From Promethearchaeota archaeon (lineage in GTDB: Archaea > Asgardarchaeota > Lokiarchaeia > Sigyniarchaeales > SOKP01), in NCBI GenBank assembly GCA_016839585.1, contig JAEOTZ010000047.1, forward strand, positions 1-42,639: a stretch of DNA of 42,639 nucleotides. Direction: 5' to 3'. Made by a program: the position numbers and the translations under genes. Numbering within the stretch: position 1 is the first letter of the stretch; each line of letters begins with the position of its first letter. The notes beneath the pieces were generated by a model. It did not search any database. It was not told where the DNA came from and was given only the letters and a program-made list of their open reading frames with translations. This document shows positions 19,702 to 28,499 of this stretch, one piece after another.

Positions 19702-21043
19702 TTATACTACCTCCTTAGTTATTTCTTTCAATTTTTCAGGTTCCAAACCTAAAGACATTAATATTAGTTCGCTAATATCATAATATTTCAGATTAGCGCC
19801 ACTTTCTTCAATTCCATCTTGTAAATTCGTTGAACAAAATGGACATGCCGATACAAGTGTATCTGCTCCAGTATCTTCAGCTTCCTCAATTCTAATTTTT
19901 GCAGTCTGTAGGGCAAATTCAGGAAAAGCGGATTTTACACCAGCTCCTGCACCACAACAATAAGCATATTCTTTTATACGCTCCATTTCTACAAATTTTA
20001 ACCCTGGAATTTTTTTTAATATATTTCTGGGAGGTTCATATATACCATTTGATCCAGTACGCTTAGGTTTTGGGGGTATGTTAATTGATACAAGAGGCAT
20101 CAAATTAACAATATCACCATCCCAATCTTTATATCTTTCAGCATTCCTTCCTAAATGACAGGGATCATGATAGGTTACGGTTATTGGTATTTCTTTTATT
20201 AGTTTTAATTTACCAGTATCGAGTAGCTCATCAAAAAATTCCACAGTATGTAATACTCTAAAAGTATATTCCCTATATAATGGATAATCTACTTTAAATG
20301 TATCATAGCATCCAGCACAGCTAAAAATGACCGTATCAATCCCCTTCGATTCAATGACATCTAAATTTTTATTAAGAAATTTTTTAAAAGTTTTCACATC
20401 TCCAGTTCGCAAAATAGGACTACCACAACAAAATTCCTCATCTTGTAATATATTAAATGGAATCCCTGCAGCCTTGAGGATACGAGCCGCTGCGATTGCC
20501 ATCTCTTGTCTTCGATAGGAAGAGGTGCAACCTACAAAATACAAGACTTTAGCATCTGGATCTAATCGAATATCTTTTGGTAACCAAGCCAACCTCTTCT
20601 CGTGAGGTTCATTGTAAGGATTATTGACTTTATTGGCAGCTTCTATATATTCTTGCTGTTTTGGCATTGGACCACCTCCTAATTCAACTAATTTTTCCCT
20701 AAGTTTCATTATAATTTCTAACGGTTCCAAAGTATTGAGAAATTTGCATGAAACAGCACAACTCCCACATTCAGTACATTTGTAAACAATTTCTCGTAAT
20801 TCTTCTGAAGGTTCAATTCTGCCTGTCTCTAATAACAAAGCTAAGATTATGCGACCTCCGCCGCTATATGGATGATAATTATAAATATCTATCGACGGAC
20901 ATGCAGTGGCGTATTTTTGACTTTTAATTTGAACTTGCGGTATCCATTTGCATTTCTCGGATAAGAGAGCCATTCTTTTTATCTATCGAGCATCTTAGAC
21001 ACCGTTTAATCATGTTATTATACTCATCTTCACTAAGTGAGAT
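19702..21043 (-). CDS. Intron-split Fe-S/CCG-domain oxidoreductase (GlpC/HdrD/GlcF-like); exons 21043 (or 21013)-20985 and 20953-19702
   Basis: CTECGSCAVSC, two CCG domains, YHDPCHLGR. After splicing the N-terminus reads MIKRCLRCSICKWIP...ACP, completing the first 4Fe-4S motif. Confidence 0.88.
20954..20984 (-). other. 31-nt bulge-helix-bulge (relaxed) mRNA intron
   Basis: Minus strand reads TG-CTCG-AT^A-GATAA...TTATC-CGAG-AA^A-TGC. Removal corrects a frameshift and gives TGC TCG ATA TGC. Confidence 0.85.
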
Positions 21044-21498
21044 TTAAATCACCTTAATTTATTCTTAATTTCTATGCTAAATCTTCATAACATATTTCAA
21101 GAATATTTTTGTTATACGGTTTTAATTTTTTTAATAAAATCAGATCTTGGTTTAATTTGGTTAAAAAATTATTTAAAACTTCCGCTTAAATGAAAAAAGA
21201 CTGAACATTAATGACCAACAATATTAAAAATAATTCGCATTAAGTGAATTGGTTCATTTAACCAATAACATCGCAACGAAATCGTAATGTGGCACAAATG
21301 TGGCATAAAACGGCATAACTCGAAGATATTATACTATTTTTGAATTATAAAAAAAATAGATACATAATGTCTAATTCTTATCTACTGGATTTATAACATA
21401 TCATCTCATTCCAAATCTTTTTTTATTTAAATATAAATGCCTATATTAATAGTTTAACAGTGGTAGTCTAATAAAATTAAAAAAATTGAAGACAAAAA

Positions 21499-22119
21499 AT
21501 GAATTTGCTTATATCTAATGATAATAAACTTAATTATTATGATGAGAATCTTGATCAAACTGAAAATAAAATAACTGTACTTTCTCGTCAGTTGAAAACT
21601 TATTTAAATTATAGGGAATCAACTATACTTGCGATATGTAGGGAATCTGAGAATTCTCTTGATATTTTAAAAAATCACTCAATTCAAAAATGGGAAACGG
21701 AACTAAACATACTTTACTTAGAATATTGTATATTTTTGGAGAAATATATTGGACCGAAAGAAAATCTTAAGATGAATGTCTTAATGTTGGCAAAAAAAGC
21801 GCTTTCTTTTCCAAATAGTCCAGAAGCAAGATCCTTTAAAAAATTTTTAAAAAATAAAATAAGATTGTGGGAATTATTACATATACTCTCAGCATTAGAA
21901 ATTCACACGAGACCTCAGTTATTAAAGCGGGTAATACAGATATTAACAAAATTATGTAATGATGAAAGCAAATTAAATGCAAATGTACCAGATTTTTTTC
22001 AACAACTTAAGCTAAATTATCAACAATTGGAGCGGGAGTATGATCAATTACTTTTAACAAAAGGAAAGGTGCAGATTAAGAGTAAAAATACAAATAAGAA
22101 AGTGATGGTTCGAGAATGA
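21499..22119 (+). CDS. Hypothetical helical protein, translationally coupled to the GIY-YIG gene
   Basis: 206-aa ORF with an ATGA overlap at 22116-22119. Confidence 0.7.
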   Translation: MNLLISNDNKLNYYDENLDQTENKITVLSRQLKTYLNYRESTILAICRESENSLDILKNHSIQKWETELNILYLEYCIFLEKYIGPKENLKMNVLMLAKKALSFPNSPEARSFKKFLKNKIRLWELLHILSALEIHTRPQLLKRVIQILTKLCNDESKLNANVPDFFQQLKLNYQQLEREYDQLLLTKGKVQIKSKNTNKKVMVRE

Positions 22120-25067
22120 TAGATACTAAGAATCAAGCTACTCGGAAAGGATTAAAAGGAGATCGCGTTGCAGTGTGTCCTAAATTTGGATGCAGTACGC
22201 TTGAAAAGTTAAAACCATTGAAACTTGGACTTTTTGGAATCCAGAAATATCCCAAATGCAAAGACCATAAAATTCATTTGGTTTTTGTGGATGAATTTAT
22301 TGGAGATTTCCTTCAATCTGTAAATGCATGTTTGTTTGATAATTCAATAGCGCCCCCTAAAGCCTTATTAGAATTGGTTAAAGAAGAGAGCCCTAAGAAT
22401 CTTCTATCCGTTTACCACAAATGGATGTATTGTTCTTCCCTAGGGAGAGGAGCCAAGATAGTGCCGGGATATTTGGACTCCTTATCAAGAGCCTATAAGA
22501 ATTCCTTAAACAAAAGACAGAAAAAGTCAATTGAAAATGATTCTTACATAAAAAAGAGGAATAAATTGATCACACTAGGATTTAGGAAAATAGAAATGGA
22601 GTACATTGAATTCTTAAAGAAGCTATATGATATGAATGAAAGGCTTTTTAATAAAGAAGAAATAAAACCTTTTCCCCGACTAGTTAAAAAGTTAATTCAA
22701 GATTGGTTAATCAAGTTTTTAAAAAATATAAATAAAGGATACTTACAAAACAAACAAATTAATAACTCAGATTCAATAAGTCTGAAAAAAACTAAATACG
22801 ATAAAATCCTACAAGCAAGAACTTGTATGCTAATATTGGGGAGATCTCCCTCAGAACTTCCAATAAAAATTTCTCCCTATGAGCTTTTCGCAACTTATCG
22901 TATATTTTTAGAAAACGATTTGTGCCACGAATTTGTTCCAGAAGAAAATAATTTGAAAATAGGAAGTAGAAAAGAGTATTTCTTACAAGAATTAAATAAT
23001 AATAACTCAAAAGTTGGAAATATCAAAGAGATTAATAGAAATACTTCTTTTATATTAAAAAACTGGGGAGAGTATTATGGAGTGATTTATATTTTAATAG
23101 ATAATAATAAAGATAATACTTTAAAATATAAAATGCTCTACATCGGGCAAACTATTCAAAAACTAAAAATAAGGTTCTACAGTCATATAAATTACTCACC
23201 CAATAAATATCTTAGAGAAGCTTTCGGAATGTATGGTAAAAAATTTTCCCTTCTCAAAATTGACAATAAGACTCTTCAGACTACAGGCGGAGAATTTACT
23301 ATGAAGGTTATTAAGAAGTGTAAAGACCTAGATAATTTGAACAAGTATGAAAAATTTTTTATTAAAAAATATAAATCATGTGTTTTGGATCATTATTTTA
23401 TTGGAAAAGATGGTAAAAGAAGACCGCTGTATGGATATAACATTAGTAGAGGCGGTGGTGGCTTTCCTGCAATAACTGGAGAGGAGCATGGTAGTTTCAT
23501 TCATATAGATCAAGATTCTCTTAAAGATTTATTAAAGAGAGGTTTTTCTGCTGAGGAAATTGCGAGAGAATTTGAGATTTCAATCCCAACACTGATTAGT
23601 AAAGTAGAATATTATTGGAAACACTTGGGAATAGAAAACCTACGTGATGCAAGGGCTAAATTTGGAGGAAACCAAGCTTTTCTCGATAGATTCGGAATTG
23701 TTGCTAAATCAGTTATAGGTGTTGAGTTAGATATCCCAAAGCTAATAGATCTTATTGAACAGGGATTATTTTTAAGTGAGTTAGAAGAAGAGTTAGGGAC
23801 TTCATTTTCAACAATTACAAAACATTTGCAAAAAATAGGTTTTAAAAATCTTACAGATGCAAGGATAAGATTAGGTGCTATGGAGACTTTTAGAAAAAGA
23901 TGGATTCAAAAAAAAGCATCAGCTACATTACGGGGGAGCGACCATCAAGATTATATTCAAATTAATAAAGAGGAAATCATAAAAATCATAAAACTGGATA
24001 TGTCCCCTAAAGAAATAGCAGATTATTTTGGTGTGTCAAGACCTACAATATTATCTCGTTTAAATGAATATTGGGGAGTAAATTTCTATGAAGCTAAACG
24101 ACTTTTTAAAATCTACCCTAAAGTAGATAAAATACTTGGAGAAAATATTATATCGAGCATTAGTGAATGTGCTATTAGTGATATTGATATAATATATTTA
24201 CAATCATTAATTTATGCCGGGTTTAATATGACACAAATTGCCTTAATTTATGAGAGAGGAGTAAAATGGATGCATGAATTTATGACAGAAATACTGGATA
24301 TTGATTTTACTCCCCATATGTATTTTCAGTCTGCGAAAGATTTATTTTATTGGAAACCACGTATAATCAATGCTATTATGGCAGATTATAAAATATCTGA
24401 TGTTGTGAGGGAGTTGCATGTCACTACATATTTTCGGGAATTAGGTAGAATTTGGAAAAAAGAGTATGATGAATTTAATCAAAACAATGATAATTTATAT
24501 AAATATCTGAAAAGATTTTATTTATTTTATCCATTTATGGACAAAAAATTATTAATAAACTTAATAGCTGAAAACAAAAGTTCCACTGAAATTGATGAGG
24601 AATATAAAAGAAAATGGGGAGTATATGGTTATACGGATTCAGAATATCATAAATTTCTAAGAAGATGTATATTTGTTTATAACAAAATAAACAATGACTA
24701 TCTTAATCAATTATTTATCAAATCTACATCAGCAAGAGATATCGACATTGCGTTTTTAAAAATTCTTCTTAGGAATACATCCACTATGCAAGAAATCGCC
24801 GAAAAATTACAAATAGGAATAGTTCAAACAAGGAAATTCTTAATAAATATTTTAGGAATTAATTATAAGGAAGCGGTTAGGGAATTCGTTTGGAAACCCG
24901 AATTATTTTCTTATATAGAAAAATATGATTCTATTTCAGATATCGCACATAATGAGGATTATAACCTCTCTACTCTTAGACATAGGTTCAGAGTAATATG
25001 GGCAGATGAATTAAAAAAATTAGGGTCTTTAAAGAAAGTGTATAGACATCTAAAAGAAAAATTTTAG
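22116..25067 (+). CDS. GIY-YIG endonuclease-domain protein with an N-terminal Cys/His domain and multiple C-terminal HTH repeats
   Basis: GVIYILID...LYIGQT...IRFYSH...YE...YNISRGG; CPKFGC...CKDH; repeats such as SAEEIAREFEISIPTL and SPKEIADYFGVSRPTI. Confidence 0.85.
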   Translation: MIDTKNQATRKGLKGDRVAVCPKFGCSTLEKLKPLKLGLFGIQKYPKCKDHKIHLVFVDEFIGDFLQSVNACLFDNSIAPPKALLELVKEESPKNLLSVYHKWMYCSSLGRGAKIVPGYLDSLSRAYKNSLNKRQKKSIENDSYIKKRNKLITLGFRKIEMEYIEFLKKLYDMNERLFNKEEIKPFPRLVKKLIQDWLIKFLKNINKGYLQNKQINNSDSISLKKTKYDKILQARTCMLILGRSPSELPIKISPYELFATYRIFLENDLCHEFVPEENNLKIGSRKEYFLQELNNNNSKVGNIKEINRNTSFILKNWGEYYGVIYILIDNNKDNTLKYKMLYIGQTIQKLKIRFYSHINYSPNKYLREAFGMYGKKFSLLKIDNKTLQTTGGEFTMKVIKKCKDLDNLNKYEKFFIKKYKSCVLDHYFIGKDGKRRPLYGYNISRGGGGFPAITGEEHGSFIHIDQDSLKDLLKRGFSAEEIAREFEISIPTLISKVEYYWKHLGIENLRDARAKFGGNQAFLDRFGIVAKSVIGVELDIPKLIDLIEQGLFLSELEEELGTSFSTITKHLQKIGFKNLTDARIRLGAMETFRKRWIQKKASATLRGSDHQDYIQINKEEIIKIIKLDMSPKEIADYFGVSRPTILSRLNEYWGVNFYEAKRLFKIYPKVDKILGENIISSISECAISDIDIIYLQSLIYAGFNMTQIALIYERGVKWMHEFMTEILDIDFTPHMYFQSAKDLFYWKPRIINAIMADYKISDVVRELHVTTYFRELGRIWKKEYDEFNQNNDNLYKYLKRFYLFYPFMDKKLLINLIAENKSSTEIDEEYKRKWGVYGYTDSEYHKFLRRCIFVYNKINNDYLNQLFIKSTSARDIDIAFLKILLRNTSTMQEIAEKLQIGIVQTRKFLINILGINYKEAVREFVWKPELFSYIEKYDSISDIAHNEDYNLSTLRHRFRVIWADELKKLGSLKKVYRHLKEKF

Positions 25068-25113
25068 TAGGATTAGAAATATCTTAAAAGTTTATATATT
25101 AGCTTATTAAAGA

Positions 25114-26598
25114 TTAATCCTTACTATTTTTTTCATCATCGTCAAAACATAACACCCCTGGATTTAATATGTTATTTGGGTCAAAAATCTTTTTTACTTT
25201 TTTTAAGGCAACTAGGGTTTGATCGCTGTGTCTTTCATACATTTCTTTTGCCCAAAAACTGTATGGGCGATTGAAAAAGGCACCATTATCCATAAGATTT
25301 CGACTAATTTCTAAGAATGTGTTTTTTAGATTAGTAGATAAATTGGTGTCATTAGGATCATAATAAAGATCAAATTCGCAATGATAGGCGGTTCCTTGAT
25401 TTATTGGTTGAATATAAATGCCTAGATCTTTCAACTTATTTGATTCTACTAATGAAGTATATTCAGGAATTTTTTCAAACTGACTGATAAAAAAAATATC
25501 TTGATAACCGCCTTTATAGTTGCATCTCCATGGATAAGAAGTTGCTTGAGATACACATTCGATAATTTTACTCTCATTTACGAAACTATTACTGTTTAAA
25601 TGTTCAAGCTTCATTTGTTTTAAAATATCACCAATATCACCCTCAAGGTATGCTAATTTATCTTCAGATAATTTCCCCCTACCACTAATAACATAAATTA
25701 AATTCCATTTTAATACAGAATTTGCTAAGTTTTCTATCTCTTGGGTAGTATTTTCTAATAGGGAAGCTAAACTTAAATTATTCAAAATGAATGTTTCATC
25801 ACATAATCTATATTTTATTAATTCATGTTGGAAATCCAGCAATTCTTGAATGTTATCTGATTGAAAATGAAAAACCCTTTGAATTGAAGGGAGTAACTCT
25901 AATTTTAGAGTAGCCCAAGTGACAACACCCAGACTTCCTTGAGCTCCTTGTATAACTCTAAAAGGGCTAAACTGAGTGGGTCCCATAGGATTCACATAAG
26001 CAATACCGACCTTTTGCTTTTCTTTAAAGGTTCCTGGACCTGCAGCAGTACCCGTTCGAAACAAATCTCCAGTACCAAATATTACTTCAGTGCATAATAA
26101 GGGATCAGAACTATCCCAATGATATCTAGGAATGGTAATAGGTTCTCGTTCAAGGGCGGATGTAACTATAGATTTAGTTCCTGTTGGAAAAAGTGGCATT
26201 AATAACCGTAATCCTTTTTCTTTTAACTTTGAAATGATATCATCAAAAGTGACTCCCGGTTCAACCATTAAAACGCGATTTTTCCTGTCTATGGAAAGAA
26301 TTTTTCTCATCTTGGAGAGATTTAATATAATACAATTTTCTTTTTGGGGTATAGTATCTCCATGATGTTTAAAAATTGAAATAGAACTGACTGGAATAAC
26401 AGAAAAATTTAATTTATTCGCTAATTTCAAAATTTTTTCTATTTCTTGAGTTTTTGATGGCCATACAACAAAATCTGGTAAATAACCCTCAGTAAAGCTC
26501 ATATCTTCAGAAAAAGCCTTAAGCGTCTTTGGATCATCAGAAATGTTCTTAGAACTGCATATTTTAGCTAGTTTATTACGAATAACTTCTTTTTTCAT
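25114..26598 (-). CDS. FAD-binding oxidoreductase (GlcD/VAO family)
   Basis: PDFVVWP, LNLSKMRKI, VEPGVTF, GAQGSLGVVT, KKIFDPNNILNPG. Start probably MKKEVIR. Confidence 0.9.
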   Translation of the reverse strand: MKKEVIRNKLAKICSSKNISDDPKTLKAFSEDMSFTEGYLPDFVVWPSKTQEIEKILKLANKLNFSVIPVSSISIFKHHGDTIPQKENCIILNLSKMRKILSIDRKNRVLMVEPGVTFDDIISKLKEKGLRLLMPLFPTGTKSIVTSALEREPITIPRYHWDSSDPLLCTEVIFGTGDLFRTGTAAGPGTFKEKQKVGIAYVNPMGPTQFSPFRVIQGAQGSLGVVTWATLKLELLPSIQRVFHFQSDNIQELLDFQHELIKYRLCDETFILNNLSLASLLENTTQEIENLANSVLKWNLIYVISGRGKLSEDKLAYLEGDIGDILKQMKLEHLNSNSFVNESKIIECVSQATSYPWRCNYKGGYQDIFFISQFEKIPEYTSLVESNKLKDLGIYIQPINQGTAYHCEFDLYYDPNDTNLSTNLKNTFLEISRNLMDNGAFFNRPYSFWAKEMYERHSDQTLVALKKVKKIFDPNNILNPGVLCFDDDEKNSKD

Positions 26599-26758
26599 AA
26601 TTTTAATATCTTTAAAACAAATAATTATTCCCAAAAATATGTAATACAATAAAGATGTTGTGATTAATATTTTGATATGAATTTTAAATAGATATTTATA
26701 TTATCTCCTTTTATCAAAATTTAAACTTTTTACTTTATTAAAATTTGAGGGAAAAAAA

Positions 26759-28165
26759 TTGAATACTTATGATATAATAATTGTTGGAGCTGGACCGGGA
26801 GGATCTATAGCTGCTAAAAATGCTGCTGAAATGGGTTTAAAGACGGTATTTTTTGAACGGGGACGTAAACCAGGTGAAAAAAATTCTTCTGGTTGTGGTT
26901 TAGGACCAAGAATGTGGAAAGATTTCGAAATAATGAAAGAACTTACTCCAGAAAAATGCCCTTCTATGAGAGCAGGAGCAGCATCGCGCAATTATTTTGT
27001 AAACAAAGAAGACATTGTTGCCGGATATATAATGGCACGACCTACTGAATCTGTCTCATATGAACCTGCTAAGAGTTGGATTACTATGAATGTTTACCGT
27101 AGTGAATTTGATCCTTGGCTTGCTGAATTTGCTACAGATGCGGGAGCAGAGTTAAAAACATCAACATTAATAGTAGATCTGATTAAAGAGAATGGAAAAG
27201 TTTGTGGAGTAATTGATGAAAAAGGTGAAAAGTACGAAGCTTCAATTGTAATCGGAGCGGATGGTGTTATTTCTACGGTAGCAATGAAATCCGGTCTAAG
27301 AACTAAATGGGCTCAAAATCAGGTTACCTTAGTTCCTCAATATGATTTTCAAGCACCACCAGAAAAAATAGATGATATTATGGGTGATGAGGCGCTAGGT
27401 GTTTGGTGGGGAGCTACTTTTCCAGCATCTTATCAAGTATTTTTCCGAGATGGGTTTCATCAAGGCTTAGGAAATTGGATGAGTTGGTGGGATAAAAATC
27501 CGTTATTTTACTTGAATAAAGTTGTGAATTTAAAATATTATCAAAGGTTATTAAAAATTTTGGAAGCAAAACCTCGAGAGCTTCAAGCACATCTGCTTCC
27601 ATGGCTAGATTATCCTTATAATACTTATACTGATGGTGTTATTTTGATTGGTGATGCAGGCGGTTTTCCATGCCCTCTTGAAGCAGAAGGTATATATCCT
27701 GCTATGATAACAGGAAAAATAAGTGCTCAAATAGCAGCAGAAGCAATAGCATCTGGAGATGTTTCTAAAGCAGTCCTACATAAATTTGATGAAGAGTGGC
27801 AAAAAACAAGTATTGGAGAAGAATTTGAAGCTGGATATGAGTTGTGGAATATCTGGAAAGCATTACCGTTTAGCCCAAAGGAAACAATGTCGTGGTTTGT
27901 TCCAATGATCATGGAAGTATTAGGTGGAATTTTTGATTGGTCCCAACCGCATGCTTTAAGGATACGACAAATAGCGAGCCACGTAAAATCATATATGCCA
28001 AAAGCAACGCCCTTTATTATGAAATATGTAATTCCTCTAGTTGCAAAGACTTTTGAAGATGATTTGGACAAATTAATGGATCCTAAGAAAATAATGACAA
28101 TATTACCAAAACTTCTTGAATTATTACCTCAAAAAAAGCGTAAAAGAGGTGGTAAAGAAAAATGA
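26759..28165 (+). CDS. FixC / geranylgeranyl reductase family flavoprotein
   Basis: IIVGAGPGG, VIGADG, LIGDAGG, EGIYPAM; coupled to a ferredoxin. Confidence 0.88.
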   Translation: MNTYDIIIVGAGPGGSIAAKNAAEMGLKTVFFERGRKPGEKNSSGCGLGPRMWKDFEIMKELTPEKCPSMRAGAASRNYFVNKEDIVAGYIMARPTESVSYEPAKSWITMNVYRSEFDPWLAEFATDAGAELKTSTLIVDLIKENGKVCGVIDEKGEKYEASIVIGADGVISTVAMKSGLRTKWAQNQVTLVPQYDFQAPPEKIDDIMGDEALGVWWGATFPASYQVFFRDGFHQGLGNWMSWWDKNPLFYLNKVVNLKYYQRLLKILEAKPRELQAHLLPWLDYPYNTYTDGVILIGDAGGFPCPLEAEGIYPAMITGKISAQIAAEAIASGDVSKAVLHKFDEEWQKTSIGEEFEAGYELWNIWKALPFSPKETMSWFVPMIMEVLGGIFDWSQPHALRIRQIASHVKSYMPKATPFIMKYVIPLVAKTFEDDLDKLMDPKKIMTILPKLLELLPQKKRKRGGKEK

Positions 28166-28431
28166 AAATTGAATTAGAAAATCTGACGAAAAGAATACTT
28201 GGTACAGGTAATTTTATTTCAGTAGATAGAAATAAATGTAATAGGTGCGGTCGCTGTTTAATCATCTGTATAATGAATTTATGGCGAAAAAAGGATGATA
28301 CAATATATATTGTTGATGACTATCAATCAAAATGTTTAGAATGTGCATCATGTTATCAAGTTTGCGAAGCTGGGGCTATTAACTTCCAATATCCAGTAGG
28401 TGGAACAGGTGTAGTTTATGAAAAGGGATAA
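28162..28431 (+). CDS. FixX-like 2x[4Fe-4S] ferredoxin
   Basis: CNRCGRCLIIC, CLECASCYQVC, C-terminal YPVGGTGVVYEKG. Confidence 0.9.
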   Translation: MKIELENLTKRILGTGNFISVDRNKCNRCGRCLIICIMNLWRKKDDTIYIVDDYQSKCLECASCYQVCEAGAINFQYPVGGTGVVYEKG

Positions 28432-28499
28432 TCTTACAAAACTTATTATGAAAATACATAATTGAACTCCAAAAGAAGTAGAATTGATTTAATCAATAC

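Larger units (their letters stand above)
21059..25113 (+). mobile_element. Putative inserted endonuclease cassette splitting a minus-strand FAD / Fe-S / FAD operon
   Basis: Opposite orientation to both flanking genes; TTAAT at 21054-58 and 25114-18; no transposase or integrase. Confidence 0.5.

Noticed and set aside
20954-20973. ATG 20973 as start of the Fe-S gene
   Set aside because: Lies within the predicted intron and omits two Fe-S cysteines.
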